From contig JBGTEY010000007.1 of the NCBI GenBank assembly GCA_041747555.1, positions 11,426 through 75,425 of the forward strand: 64,000 nucleotides of DNA. The letters are read 5' to 3'. Position 1 is the stretch's first letter, and each line of letters opens with the position of its first letter. Under the pieces are notes generated by a model. That model worked only from the letters and a program-made list of their open reading frames with translations, was not told the origin of the DNA and searched no databases. Positions 31,402-41,186 of this stretch are shown piece after piece. This DNA is from Patescibacteria group bacterium (GTDB taxonomy: Bacteria > Patescibacteriota > Microgenomatia > UBA1400 > PJMF01). The position numbers and the translations under genes are program-made.

Positions 31402-31806
31402 ATGCTACAACCAAAAAAGAGCAAATACCGGAAAGAATTTCGAGGCAAGCGACGCGGCTTAGCACAGCGTGGTGCTGACATCGCTTTTGGAGAATATGGT
31501 CTGAAAGCCACAACCAGAGGTTGGGTGTCTGCACGACAGATTGAGGCCGCACGTAAGAAAATTACGTACATGACCAAGCGTGCAGGAAAGTATTGGATCA
31601 GAGTCTTTCCATCTAAGCCAATCACCAAAAAACCTGTTGGTGTGAAAATGGGTTCTGGAAAAGGCGCAATAGAAGAATATGTAGCAGTAGTAAAACCTGG
31701 AATGATTTTGTTCGAACTATCTGGCGTAACACCAGAAGTTGCAAGTGAAGCATTCAGAAAAGCAGGTCACAAAATATCAGTCAAAACTGAATTGGTTCAA
31801 AAATAA
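31402..31806 (+). CDS. rplP: 50S ribosomal protein L16
   Basis: MLQPKKSKYRKEFRGKRRGLAQRG; 134 aa. Confidence 0.97.
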   Translation: MLQPKKSKYRKEFRGKRRGLAQRGADIAFGEYGLKATTRGWVSARQIEAARKKITYMTKRAGKYWIRVFPSKPITKKPVGVKMGSGKGAIEEYVAVVKPGMILFELSGVTPEVASEAFRKAGHKISVKTELVQK

Positions 31807-32015
31807 TGAAACGAAACGACATAACAGCACTACACACCATGACTGCTGCAGAGCTCCAAACCAAGCTCTCAACGTTGCAGCAAGAACTGGCAACTGCTCG
31901 ACTTGGCCACCGAGTTGGTAAAGCATCAGTCACAACTATTGCGCGAGTCAGAGATGACATCGCTCGCATCAAAACAGTCTTAAGAGAGCAACAATTAGCA
32001 AAAAAAGTAGCATAG
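31806..32015 (+). CDS. rpmC: 50S ribosomal protein L29
   Basis: TAATG overlap with rplP. 69 aa. ELQTKLSTLQQELATARL. Confidence 0.9.
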   Translation: MKRNDITALHTMTAAELQTKLSTLQQELATARLGHRVGKASVTTIARVRDDIARIKTVLREQQLAKKVA

Positions 32016-32024
32016 AGTGATTTT

Positions 32025-32258
32025 ATGAAACAAATACAAGGCAAAGTCATCGCATTACACACACCAAAAACTGCAAAAGTTGAGGTGACGAGACAGTGGC
32101 AGCATCCAATTTATCTTAAGAGGATGAACCGCACCAAAGCATATGCTTGTCACGTTGATGGCATTGAAATTGCGGTAGGAGACACCGTACACATTGAACC
32201 GTGTCGTCCTGTCAGCAAAACCAAAAAATTTGTGGTTACAGGAAAAGTAGAGAACTAA
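32025..32258 (+). CDS. rpsQ: 30S ribosomal protein S17
   Basis: 77 aa. [28 protein letters not shown]. Confidence 0.93.
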   Translation: MKQIQGKVIALHTPKTAKVEVTRQWQHPIYLKRMNRTKAYACHVDGIEIAVGDTVHIEPCRPVSKTKKFVVTGKVEN

Positions 32259-32262
32259 TTAT

Positions 32263-32637
32263 ATGATACAACTACGATCAGTACTCCATGTGGCTGACAA
32301 CAGCGGTGCCAAGCGGCTTCGCGTCATCCAGGTCTATGGCGGCTCAAAACGAAGGTTTGGCGGTGTAGGTGATGTGGTGATCGCATCAGTCATCGTTTCT
32401 GATCCAGGTGGTACGGTCAAACGTGGCGAGATGGTCAAAGCTGTCATTGTTCGAACCAGAAAAGAACAGCGAAGACCAAACGGTGGATACATTCGATTTG
32501 ACGACAACGCTGCAGTAGTTATTGAATCACTTAAGAATCCAAACCCAATTGGCACTCGAGTGTTCGGACCCATTGCTCGTGAAGTTAAGAACAGAGGATT
32601 TAATAAAATAGCGAGTTTAGCACCAGAGGTTCTATGA
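32263..32637 (+). CDS. rplN: 50S ribosomal protein L14
   Basis: [24 protein letters not shown]; 124 aa. Confidence 0.97.
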   Translation: MIQLRSVLHVADNSGAKRLRVIQVYGGSKRRFGGVGDVVIASVIVSDPGGTVKRGEMVKAVIVRTRKEQRRPNGGYIRFDDNAAVVIESLKNPNPIGTRVFGPIAREVKNRGFNKIASLAPEVL

Positions 32638-32969
32638 AATTCAAAGTAGGCGACACAGTTCGCGTCACAGCTGGCAAAGACAAGGGTGTTACAGGAGAAA
32701 TCTTGGCAGTTGATGCAACTGCGAACACCGTTATCGTCCAAGGTGCAAATCTCTACACCAAGCACATCAAGCCTATGGCAGGACGAGCTGGTGACAAGGT
32801 AAGACGAGAGCGACCTCTCTCCACTGCCAAAGTCGCACTCTTGAATGATAAAGGAGAATTAGATCGAGTTGGATACGTGATTGCCAAAGATGGCACCAAA
32901 TCAAGAGTTTTTAGGAAAACGGGAAAAGCTGTTCCAGCACCTAAGAAAACAGAGAAAAAGAAGAAATAA
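32634..32969 (+). CDS. rplX: 50S ribosomal protein L24
   Basis: [26 protein letters not shown]; overlaps rplN by 4 nt. Confidence 0.95.
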   Translation: MKFKVGDTVRVTAGKDKGVTGEILAVDATANTVIVQGANLYTKHIKPMAGRAGDKVRRERPLSTAKVALLNDKGELDRVGYVIAKDGTKSRVFRKTGKAVPAPKKTEKKKK

Positions 32970-32972
32970 TAT

Positions 32973-33533
32973 ATGTCAGACACACGTTTAGTACACTACT
33001 ATCAGAACACTGTTGTTCCAGAGCTCAAGAAGGAGCTGAAGAGAACGTCTTCATTTGCAGTGCCTCGGATTACCAAAATTGTGGTTAACACTGGTGTAGC
33101 AGATCCACAAGAACCTCGTGCTCGTCAAACAGTACTCGAGAACATTGCAGCACAGTTTTCACAAATCACAGGTCAAAAAGCACAAATCACGGTTGCCAAA
33201 AAATCTATTGCAAACTTCAAACTTCGTGAGGGTGATCCCTTGGGAGTTCGTGTTACACTACATGGTCAGCGAATGTGGGAGTTTATTGAAAAATTAATTT
33301 CGGTTGCATTGCCTCGGGTTAAAGATTTTAGAGGTGTGTCACGGACTGCTTTTGATGGACAGGGAAACTATAGCCTTGGCCTTGAAGAGCAAATCGTATT
33401 CCCAGAAATTGACTACGATACAATAGAGAGTGTCAGAAGTTTGCAAATCACATTTGTAACAACTGCAGAGACCAATGAAGAAGCATTCTTGCTCCTAGAG
33501 AAACTAGGAATGCCGTTTGCAAAAGAAGAGTAA
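32973..33533 (+). CDS. rplE: 50S ribosomal protein L5
   Basis: 186 aa. L5 pattern [13 protein letters not shown] ... [28 protein letters not shown]. Confidence 0.97.
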   Translation: MSDTRLVHYYQNTVVPELKKELKRTSSFAVPRITKIVVNTGVADPQEPRARQTVLENIAAQFSQITGQKAQITVAKKSIANFKLREGDPLGVRVTLHGQRMWEFIEKLISVALPRVKDFRGVSRTAFDGQGNYSLGLEEQIVFPEIDYDTIESVRSLQITFVTTAETNEEAFLLLEKLGMPFAKEE

Positions 33534-33541
33534 AGGGATTT

Positions 33542-33772
33542 ATGGCAAAAACATCTAAAATTGTTAAATCAAGAAAACTATTAAAGAAACGAAGCGAATA
33601 CCTTCTCAAAGGTGACCGAAAGACAAATAAGGTCTCGACTCGAGGAGTAAATCGGTGTAAAATCACAGGCCGACCCAAAGGATACATGAGATTCTTCGGT
33701 TTGAGCCGATTAACTTTTCGTGAATTAGCTTCAAAGGGTGAATTACCAGGAGTCGTAAAACTCAGTAAGTAA
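33542..33772 (+). CDS. rpsN: 30S ribosomal protein S14, a short 76-aa form with a single Cys, so apparently non-zinc
   Basis: Position between rplE and rps[13 protein letters not shown] ... [36 protein letters not shown]. Confidence 0.9.
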   Translation: MAKTSKIVKSRKLLKKRSEYLLKGDRKTNKVSTRGVNRCKITGRPKGYMRFFGLSRLTFRELASKGELPGVVKLSK

Positions 33773-33780
33773 AGAAACGT

Positions 33781-34170
33781 ATGACCGATCCGATCGCAGA
33801 TTTCATCATCAGAATAAAGAACGCATTCCTCGCAAAGCGTCATGAGGTTCTCGTTCCGTACTCAAAAATGAAGCATTCACTTGCAGAAATTTTGATAAAA
33901 GAGGGATACTTGGATTCTGTTGCAATTGATGAGACAGGTCCATTCAAACAAATTGTATTGCAGCTTAAGTATGTAAAGGATTTGCCATCAGTCACTGATG
34001 TAAAAAGACTTTCAAAACCAGGACGCAGACTCTATTCAACAGCAGCGGATATTCCCCGAGCACTGGGTGGATACGGAATCACCATCGTTTCAACCAGCCG
34101 AGGAATCATGACCGATAAACAAGCTAAGAAACAAAATGTTGGTGGAGAATTACTTTGTCAAGTTTGGTAA
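33781..34170 (+). CDS. rpsH: 30S ribosomal protein S8
   Basis: MTDPIADFIIRIKNAFLAKRHEV; 129 aa. Confidence 0.97.
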   Translation: MTDPIADFIIRIKNAFLAKRHEVLVPYSKMKHSLAEILIKEGYLDSVAIDETGPFKQIVLQLKYVKDLPSVTDVKRLSKPGRRLYSTAADIPRALGGYGITIVSTSRGIMTDKQAKKQNVGGELLCQVW

Positions 34171-34182
34171 CAGAAAATATAT

Positions 34183-34719
34183 ATGTCAAGAATTGGAAGA
34201 AAATCAATCCCAGTCCCCTCCGGCGTCACTGTTACCCAAACAGCTGATGAAGTTGTGGTTAAGGGACCAAAAGGACAGCTTAAAGTACAGCTTTTGCCCA
34301 AAATTGTACTCGAAATAACTGCAACTGAAGTCACGGTAACCAGAAAAAATGAAGAAAAGCAGACCAAAGCATTTCATGGTTTGATCAGAAGCTTACTTCA
34401 AAACTGCATCATCGGTGTTACAGAAGGCTACAAGAAAACATTAAAATTAGTAGGTACTGGCTACAGAGTCCAGGCAAAAGGAAAAGGTGTTTCGCTCGCG
34501 GTTGGATATTCACATCCAATCGAATTCACACCGATTGATGGCGTTAATCTTCAAGTTGAAGGAAACGACACCATTCATATTGAAGGAATAGACAAACAAG
34601 CTGTTGGCCAAACAGCAGCCAACATTAGAAAACATCGCCCACCAGAACCTTACAAGGGTAAAGGAATTCGCTACAGTGATGAAGTTGTCAGAAGAAAACA
34701 AGGTAAAACAGCAGCATAA
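34183..34719 (+). CDS. rplF: 50S ribosomal protein L6
   Basis: MSRIGRKSIPVPSGVTV; 178 aa. Confidence 0.97.
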   Translation: MSRIGRKSIPVPSGVTVTQTADEVVVKGPKGQLKVQLLPKIVLEITATEVTVTRKNEEKQTKAFHGLIRSLLQNCIIGVTEGYKKTLKLVGTGYRVQAKGKGVSLAVGYSHPIEFTPIDGVNLQVEGNDTIHIEGIDKQAVGQTAANIRKHRPPEPYKGKGIRYSDEVVRRKQGKTAA

Positions 34720-34742
34720 TAGCAACTGAAAAAAAACACATA

Positions 34743-35102
34743 ATGCCAAGAATAAGCCATCATCAAACACCAGCACAAAAACGAAAACTACGCGTTCGTC
34801 GTGAGCTCAAGGGCACTGCAGAACGACCACGAGTTTCTGTGCATCGATCAAATCAACATATTTTCGTTCAGGCAATTGATGATGTTGCACAAAAGACAAT
34901 TGCTTCAGCACACGACACAATGGTGGCAGGAAAGAAAAAACAAACCAAAACAGAAAAAGCGATAGCAACTGCTCAGCTCATCGCTCAACTTTTAGAAAAA
35001 AACAAAATATCCAAAGTCATTTTTGACAGAGGGTCACATCGGTATCATGGCAGAGTCAAAGCTGTCGCAGAAGCATTACGAGAAGCAGGCATAACGCTGT
35101 AG
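34743..35102 (+). CDS. rplR: 50S ribosomal protein L18
   Basis: 119 aa. RPRVSVHRSNQHIFVQAIDD ... FDRGSHRYHGRVKAVAEALREAG. Confidence 0.95.
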   Translation: MPRISHHQTPAQKRKLRVRRELKGTAERPRVSVHRSNQHIFVQAIDDVAQKTIASAHDTMVAGKKKQTKTEKAIATAQLIAQLLEKNKISKVIFDRGSHRYHGRVKAVAEALREAGITL

Positions 35103-35112
35103 AAAGGTCTAT

Positions 35113-35880
35113 ATGGCTCGTCCGAGTCAACCAACATCAGAATTTGATGAAAAAGTAATCCAGATCTCCCGTGTTTCAAAGAAAACCAAGGGTGGTAATA
35201 AGATTGGCTTTTCGGTACTCATGGTTGTGGGCGACAAAAAGGGTAACGTTGGCGTTGGGCTTGGAAAAGCCGGCGACGTGTTATCTGCCATCAAAAAAGG
35301 CGTCAAAAAAGCAAAGAAGAAAATGATTAAGGTTCCATTAAATGGAACAACAATCCCATTCCCAATCACTGCCAAAAAAGGTGCAGGCAGAGTCATGCTC
35401 AAGCCCGCTCCCAAAGGTTCTGGAGTTATTGCAGGTGGACCAGTTCGTGCAGTGGTAGAAGCTGCAGGCGTTAGAGACATTTCTAGCAAAATTCTTGGTT
35501 CAGAAAATCAAGCATCAAGTGTGTACGCAACTTTTGAAGCATTGCACCAAATTGAAAGAATCGTAACGCTTAAAGGTATCTCGCTCAAATCAATCGCAGA
35601 AACAGAAGCAGAAGAAGAAAAACGACTCGAAGCGATGCAAGAGAAGCACAAAAAGAGAGCTGAAGGTAAAGATCAAGACGCCAAGGACGCAAAGCAAGTC
35701 AAAGACGTCAAAACAAAAGACAGCAAAAAAACCAGTAAACAGGGAGCTGAAAAAAAGACTGCAAAAAATGAGTCAAAACCAGCACCGAAAGCTGAAAAGA
35801 AAACAGAAGCAAAAGTACCATCAGAAAAACCAGCAGCAAAAACTCCAGCCAAAAAAGAAACGACCAAAAAAGCAAAGTAA
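35113..35880 (+). CDS. rpsE: 30S ribosomal protein S5, with a ~95-aa Lys/Asp/Ala-rich C-terminal extension
   Basis: S5 core VIQISRVSKKTKGGNKIGFSVLMVVGDKKGNVGVGLGKA. The tail is AEEEKRLEAMQEKHKKRAEGKDQDAKDAKQVKDVKTKDSKK... rplO begins 6 nt later, so there is no rpmD. Confidence 0.95.
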   Translation: MARPSQPTSEFDEKVIQISRVSKKTKGGNKIGFSVLMVVGDKKGNVGVGLGKAGDVLSAIKKGVKKAKKKMIKVPLNGTTIPFPITAKKGAGRVMLKPAPKGSGVIAGGPVRAVVEAAGVRDISSKILGSENQASSVYATFEALHQIERIVTLKGISLKSIAETEAEEEKRLEAMQEKHKKRAEGKDQDAKDAKQVKDVKTKDSKKTSKQGAEKKTAKNESKPAPKAEKKTEAKVPSEKPAAKTPAKKETTKKAK

Positions 35881-35886
35881 GGAACC

Positions 35887-36327
35887 ATGTCATTACTACA
35901 CCGACTCAAATCCATCACTGATCGACAAAAAAAACGTGTCGGGCGTGGGTATGCATCTGGAAAAGGTGGCCATACTTCTGGTAAGGGAACCAAGGGTCAA
36001 AAATCACGACAAGGTGGAAGTATTCCATTATGGTTTGAAGGTGGACAATTGCCACTCATCAAACGAATGCCAATGCTGAGAGGTAAGGGATTGCTCAAGG
36101 CGGTTCGTCCAACAGCAGAAGTTTCACTGAAGAAACTTGAAAACATGGAAGCTGTCACAATCACGCTAGAAACACTCAAACTTGAAAAGGTCATTGATAA
36201 AAGATTTAAAAAGGCTAAAATAATTGGTCCAGGTCCTGTATCGAAGAAACTTACTATCAAAGGTCTGCCTGTTTCAGCCGGTGCTCGCGCGGAGATAGAA
36301 AAAGCAGGTGGTCAGATCGAGTCATAA
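35887..36327 (+). CDS. rplO: 50S ribosomal protein L15
   Basis: 146 aa. KKRVGRGYASGKGGHTSGKGTKGQKSR. Confidence 0.95.
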   Translation: MSLLHRLKSITDRQKKRVGRGYASGKGGHTSGKGTKGQKSRQGGSIPLWFEGGQLPLIKRMPMLRGKGLLKAVRPTAEVSLKKLENMEAVTITLETLKLEKVIDKRFKKAKIIGPGPVSKKLTIKGLPVSAGARAEIEKAGGQIES

Positions 36328-36329
36328 CT

Positions 36330-37616
36330 GTGTTTAACTCAGTGATACAAACACTACAAAAGGTGTACCAAACTCATGAGCTCCGTCGTAAACTTCTGTT
36401 TACTCTAGGTGTCTTCTTTATTTTTAGATTTTTAGCACACATTCCACTTCCGTCGATTAATTTAGATCAACTTCAGATACTTTTTAATTCAAATCAACTT
36501 CTCAATTTACTCAATGTATTTTCCGGTGGAACGTTAGCTAACTTCTCGGTTGCAGCGGTGGGTATTAGTCCTTACATTACAGCATCAATTATTATGCAGC
36601 TTGGGGGAATGGTAATTCCGCAGATCAAGGAATTGCAAAAGGATGGAGAGTCAGGAAGAGAACGTCTCAATCAATATACTCGTCTGATGACTGTACCATT
36701 AGCTATTGTCCAGAGCATATCAGTGCTTGCTTTGCTGAGGACGCAGGGATTATTGCAAACAAATGATCCAATCGCACTCGCAGCAATGATTATGAGTTTA
36801 GTTGCAGGTGCCATGATTGTAACTTGGCTTGGAGAAATGATTTCTGAGTACGGCATTGGGAATGGTATCTCGATGATCTTATTTGGAGCTATTATTAGTC
36901 AACTCCCTGCAAGTTTGTCACAAGCACTCTTTTCTGTGACATCTGACCAGACCCTAACGATCTTAACCTTCGGTGCTTTATTCATCGCGATTATTGGCTT
37001 AATCGTATTTATGAATGAAGCGATCAGAAAAGTCACGATTCAATATGCCAAACGGCAGCGAGGCAGTCGAGTATATGGTGGGCAAATGACCCATCTTCCG
37101 ATTCGAGTAAATGTCGCGGGCGTGATGCCAATTATTTTTGCAGTTTCGATTTTGATGGTGCCGCCGTTTTTCGCAGGATTTATGATTTCGAGTGGACAGA
37201 GAGAGCTGGTTGAAATTGGTCAGTGGTTAACAATTAACTTTGCACAAACTGCTCCAGTATTTATGATCACTTATTTTGTCGTTGTGTTTTTCTTCACGTT
37301 TTTCTCAGCACTGATTTTCTTTAATGCTGAAAATATTTCTGATGAACTCAAGAAAAGTGGCGCATTTATCCCCGGAATTAGACCAGGTGCCGCCACCAAA
37401 AAATATCTTGAATTCGTGGTATCTCGCATAACGTTAGCAGGTGCGTTTTTCTTGGGTGTAATTGCGTTGCTCCCTTCATTTGCTCAAGTGTTTACCAATA
37501 TTGGTACGCTTGCAATTAGTGGAACAAGCGTACTTATTGTGGTTTCGGTCATTCTTGAAACCATGAAACAGGTGGATAGTATGCTTGTTGAACAAGACTA
37601 CGAGCGGTACTTGTAG
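36330..37616 (+). CDS. secY: Preprotein translocase subunit SecY
   Basis: GTG start. 428 aa, 10-TM. LRRKLLFTLGVFFIFRFLAHIPLP, and the plug and hinge regions are conserved. Confidence 0.95.
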   Translation: MFNSVIQTLQKVYQTHELRRKLLFTLGVFFIFRFLAHIPLPSINLDQLQILFNSNQLLNLLNVFSGGTLANFSVAAVGISPYITASIIMQLGGMVIPQIKELQKDGESGRERLNQYTRLMTVPLAIVQSISVLALLRTQGLLQTNDPIALAAMIMSLVAGAMIVTWLGEMISEYGIGNGISMILFGAIISQLPASLSQALFSVTSDQTLTILTFGALFIAIIGLIVFMNEAIRKVTIQYAKRQRGSRVYGGQMTHLPIRVNVAGVMPIIFAVSILMVPPFFAGFMISSGQRELVEIGQWLTINFAQTAPVFMITYFVVVFFFTFFSALIFFNAENISDELKKSGAFIPGIRPGAATKKYLEFVVSRITLAGAFFLGVIALLPSFAQVFTNIGTLAISGTSVLIVVSVILETMKQVDSMLVEQDYERYL

Positions 37617-37640
37617 CAGTAACTTACGGGAGGCGACCTC

Positions 37641-38198
37641 ATGCGACTCATTCTTATTGGCATTCAGGGTGCTGGTAAATCAACACAGGGCAATTTCTTG
37701 TCTGAAAAGTATCAAATACCCTACCTTTCTTCTGGTCATATCTTTCGAGAAATGTCTAAGGAGAAGAATAAGTTAGGACGATGGCTCAAAGAGACCATGA
37801 ATTCTGGAGCGCTCATCCCCGATGAGACGACTTTAGAGATCGTCTTAACCTATCTCGAAAATCCCGAATACAAAACAGGGTTTATTCTTGACGGTTTCCC
37901 TCGAACTGTGCCTCAGGCAGAAGCATTTAATGGTGGAATTGATTACGTCGTTTTCCTCGAAGTTTCTGACAAAGAAGCGCTTTGGAGAATTGCTGGTCGA
38001 GTCAGTGATCGAGAAGATGAGACACTTTCTGCAATCAGAACCCGAATACAGCTCTTTCACGATGTTACCGAGCCGGTGATTCGATACTATGAAAAAGAAG
38101 GTAAGTTAATATCTGTAGATGGTGAACTCGATATGGATGGCGTATTTGCGCAGATCGTAGAGAAAATCGAGAAAGCTGAAGCAAAAAAGAAAAAATAA
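37641..38198 (+). CDS. adk: Adenylate kinase, short form with no zinc LID
   Basis: 185 aa. P-loop GIQGAGKSTQ. DGFPRTVPQAEAF. Confidence 0.93.
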   Translation: MRLILIGIQGAGKSTQGNFLSEKYQIPYLSSGHIFREMSKEKNKLGRWLKETMNSGALIPDETTLEIVLTYLENPEYKTGFILDGFPRTVPQAEAFNGGIDYVVFLEVSDKEALWRIAGRVSDREDETLSAIRTRIQLFHDVTEPVIRYYEKEGKLISVDGELDMDGVFAQIVEKIEKAEAKKKK

Positions 38199-38211
38199 TG
38201 GAAGATACTAG

Positions 38212-38241
38212 AAAAGCGAGCTGATTCTCAGCTCGCTTTTT
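38212..38241 (+). terminator. Rho-independent terminator after adk
   Basis: AAAAGCGAGCTGAttctcAGCTCGCTTTTT. Confidence 0.65.
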
Positions 38242-38275
38242 GGTAGGCACAACCATATCAGGCAGAAAACAAACC

Positions 38276-39016
38276 ATGGACACACAAAAAATTCCCAGCA
38301 TGATTGAAGGCGGTAAGCGACTCGCCAAGGTCAAGCGTGCGTTAGTTGATTTTACCAAACCAGGTGTCACATTTGAAGAAATCGAAGCGCTCGCACAAAA
38401 AAGCATTCGAAAAACGGGTGACGTGCCTAGTTTTTCAACTGTGAAAGGCTACGACTGGGCAACGTGCATCATGATTAATGAAGAGCTCTGCCATGGCATT
38501 CCTGTGGATGGTGTTATTGAAAAAGGAGACATTGTTACCATTGATGTGGGCCTTATTCATAATGGGTACCATCTCGATACCACTACAACATTTGCTGCAG
38601 GTGATGTTGCACCAGATGTGCTTGATTTTCTAGAGAGAGGGAGAAAGATTCTTGATGCATCGATCGCCCGCGCTACGGTTGGTAATTCCGTATATGGGAT
38701 TAGTCATGAGATGGAGTCTGGGCTAAAAAAATACGGGTATGGAGTTGTGAGGCAGCTCACAGGGCACGGTATCGGCAAAGAACTGCATATGTATCCTTCA
38801 ATTCCATGTTTTGCACAACGGGCAGACAAGCGAATTATCTTAGAAGAAGGTCAAACATTAGCAATAGAGGTCATGTATACGATGGGAAGCCCGGTTGTTG
38901 TTGAAGCAGAAGATGGATGGACATTTGTGACAGATGATGACTCGTTGTCTGCGATGTTTGAGGAGACAGTGTTGGTATCCAAGGATGGGCCAAAAATTCT
39001 AACTGCAGCTGAGTAA
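38276..39016 (+). CDS. map: Type I methionine aminopeptidase
   Basis: Metal ligands sit in the conserved order. The residues are D (DVGLIHNGYHLD), D, H (HGIGKELH), E (LAIEVMYT) and E (FEETVLVSKDG). The ORF-track start at 38240 is TTG, so ATG 38276 is preferred. Confidence 0.9.
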   Translation: MDTQKIPSMIEGGKRLAKVKRALVDFTKPGVTFEEIEALAQKSIRKTGDVPSFSTVKGYDWATCIMINEELCHGIPVDGVIEKGDIVTIDVGLIHNGYHLDTTTTFAAGDVAPDVLDFLERGRKILDASIARATVGNSVYGISHEMESGLKKYGYGVVRQLTGHGIGKELHMYPSIPCFAQRADKRIILEEGQTLAIEVMYTMGSPVVVEAEDGWTFVTDDDSLSAMFEETVLVSKDGPKILTAAE

Positions 39017-39071
39017 TCGGATTATGTTAGAAATCTGACGTTCATGGTATCCTTGGTCTAATAAGGATTAT

Positions 39072-39752
39072 ATGGCGGGTGGAGAAAAAAAATCAGAGTA
39101 TGTACCGGGAACGCGACTCGCTGAAAAAACTCAGAAGAATGTTGACAAAATACTCAGAAAGATGCTCAATCATATTGGAGCACAAAATTTTGCAAAACTT
39201 GATCCTGCCGCTACACCTAAGGAAGTTGAATACTATGTTTCATACCATTTGAAGACCTTTGATATTGAAGCTTTGCGCGACTCATATTCACCTGGCGAAA
39301 TCATGCATGCTTTGCGGCAAATAGGCCAACGTCTGCAGGAAGAAGCGCTAGAAAACGAGCGTAAGATATCAAAAGCTAGTAGGGTAGTTAGCACTCTCAA
39401 ATCGTACTTTCCTTGGGCTGAAACATCTGTTGAGAAAGCAAAAAAAGAGTTTGAGTTAAAGGAGATACAGAGAAAATTACTTGAGCGCGTGCTACCTCCA
39501 GGGGCAGACGAATCTATGAAATCAATTGTGTTATTTGTGCATGCACTACTCGCAGATGAGGACTTTCCGAACCAGATCGACAATTGGAAGAGTGGTGGTA
39601 AAGGGTTCAGCGGCTATGCTGCGAAGGTTTACTTTGATCTTTTTAAGCGCTCACGCGACCCAGTGTTTTCTACAGAAATACTTGGACGCATTACCAAAGT
39701 CGCCATGGATTTGTACGAAGATCAAACTCAACAACAGAGACGTAGACGCTAA
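39072..39752 (+). CDS. Hypothetical soluble 226-aa protein inserted between map and infA. Basic C-terminus ending QQQRRRR.
   Basis: Clean ORF on the same strand as the flanking genes, with SD AAGGA 6 nt upstream. No TM helix and no recognisable motif. Confidence 0.55.
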   Translation: MAGGEKKSEYVPGTRLAEKTQKNVDKILRKMLNHIGAQNFAKLDPAATPKEVEYYVSYHLKTFDIEALRDSYSPGEIMHALRQIGQRLQEEALENERKISKASRVVSTLKSYFPWAETSVEKAKKEFELKEIQRKLLERVLPPGADESMKSIVLFVHALLADEDFPNQIDNWKSGGKGFSGYAAKVYFDLFKRSRDPVFSTEILGRITKVAMDLYEDQTQQQRRRR

Positions 39753-39804
39753 TTCACCCCCGTGACATCCCCTGACTAATTTGGTATAATAAAGAGTTCT
39801 AAAT

Positions 39805-40134
39805 ATGGGAAAAGTACAAGATCATAAACGAGCAGCCAAGGCCAAACGCCAAGTTGATCAAACCGACAAGAAGTCTAAGCAGACTGACCGGTTTGCAATT
39901 GAGGGTGTGGTTGAAGAATGCTTGCCAAATACTATGTTTCGAGTCAAGGTAACTGACTCTGAGGTGCCTCAGATGGTTGACCGAATTTTGCTCGGGACAT
40001 TGGTTGGAAAAATGAGATTGTTTCGAATTCGGGTCATGCCTGGCGATGTAGTCAAGGGCTATGTCACAAAATATGACCTCGATAAATGTAAAATAACCTA
40101 TAGATCAACGAAAAATAGCTCGCAGTCAATTTAA
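39805..40134 (+). CDS. infA: Translation initiation factor IF-1, with a ~30-aa Lys-rich N-terminal extension
   Basis: Core EGVVEECLPNTMFRVKVTDSEVPQMVDRILLGTLVGKMRLFRIRVMPGDVVKGYVTKYDLDKCKITYR is the S1-like IF-1 fold. 109 aa against about 72 typical. Confidence 0.85.
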   Translation: MGKVQDHKRAAKAKRQVDQTDKKSKQTDRFAIEGVVEECLPNTMFRVKVTDSEVPQMVDRILLGTLVGKMRLFRIRVMPGDVVKGYVTKYDLDKCKITYRSTKNSSQSI

Positions 40135-40196
40135 TACTTTTCAATTAGCTGTTTCTGAGGTATAGTCGTACCCTATTCGTTTGACTTGAGGAAATA

Positions 40197-40328
40197 ATGA
40201 AAGTAAGAACGTCAGTAAAAAAAATGTGCATGCACTGCAAACTAATCCGTCGAAAAGGAGTAGTCCGAGTGATTTGTACCGATCCAAAACATAAACAACG
40301 TCAAAAAAGTAAACCAAATACAAAGTAA
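40197..40328 (+). CDS. rpmJ: 50S ribosomal protein L36
   Basis: Found by manual translation; it is below the ORF-track size cutoff. [43 protein letters not shown], with the C..C...C....H zinc ribbon. Confidence 0.9.
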   Translation: MKVRTSVKKMCMHCKLIRRKGVVRVICTDPKHKQRQKSKPNTK

Positions 40329-40334
40329 TCAATT

Positions 40335-40745
40335 ATGCCTAGAATACTCGGTGTCGACATCCCAGAAAATAAGAAAATACTGTTCTCTCTACAGTATATC
40401 TATGGAATTGGACCAAAACGCGCAGAATACGCGCTCAAACAAGCCAGTGTCGACCCAGAAAAGAGAGCAAATGAAGTTACCAGAGATGAAGTTAGTCGCA
40501 TTACTCGAGCACTTGAGCAGTATCCCCTTGAGGGAGACCTGAGACGTCAAGTAAACGACAATGTTGATCGACTCAAAAGAATTAAGGCATATCGTGGTAT
40601 TAGACATATCATGAAATTGCCGGTTCGTGGACAACGAACTAGAACCAACTCTCGTGTTTCACGATCAAGTGCAGGACGAAGACGAACAGTCGGTTCGATG
40701 ACAAAAGAAATGGCATCAAAACTAGAAACAGCAAAAAAGAAGTAA
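40335..40745 (+). CDS. rpsM: 30S ribosomal protein S13
   Basis: MPRILGVDIPENKKILFSLQYIYGIGPKRAE; 136 aa. Confidence 0.97.
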   Translation: MPRILGVDIPENKKILFSLQYIYGIGPKRAEYALKQASVDPEKRANEVTRDEVSRITRALEQYPLEGDLRRQVNDNVDRLKRIKAYRGIRHIMKLPVRGQRTRTNSRVSRSSAGRRRTVGSMTKEMASKLETAKKK

Positions 40746-40753
40746 AGTAATCT

Positions 40754-41164
40754 ATGGCACGGACAAAAGCGACCACCAAATCAAAAAAACCAACCAAGAA
40801 AAAGGTACAAAAAGCTGTACCAAAAGGTCGGTTGTACGTCACAGCGACATTTAATAGCACTCTCGTCAGCATCACTGACGATACTGGAAATGTCCTCTGC
40901 TGGTCTTCAGCTGGCGAATCTGGTTTCTCTGGTTCAAGAAAATCAACCCCATACGCAGCAACTATTACTGTAGAAAATGCAGTCAATAAAGCTCGAAACT
41001 ATGGAATGAATCAAATGGATGTCTTCATCAAGGGTCCAGGACCTGGACGCGACGTTGCGCTCAGAGTACTCAAGGCTCAAGGCATTCGCGTATCAATGAT
41101 TGCTGATGTGACTCCAATTCCACACAATGGAACTCGACCACGCAAGGCAAAGCACAATAAATAA
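40754..41164 (+). CDS. rpsK: 30S ribosomal protein S11
   Basis: GRLYVTATFNSTLVSITDDTGNVLCWSSAG ... GPGPGRDVALRVLKAQGI. Confidence 0.97.
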   Translation: MARTKATTKSKKPTKKKVQKAVPKGRLYVTATFNSTLVSITDDTGNVLCWSSAGESGFSGSRKSTPYAATITVENAVNKARNYGMNQMDVFIKGPGPGRDVALRVLKAQGIRVSMIADVTPIPHNGTRPRKAKHNK

Positions 41165-41186
41165 TAGTTTAATTAAGAGGTAGATC

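Noticed and set aside
33542-33772. Zinc-binding type-Z S14
   Set aside because: Only one Cys is present, so the CxxC...CxxC zinc ribbon is absent. It is annotated as a short non-zinc S14 instead.
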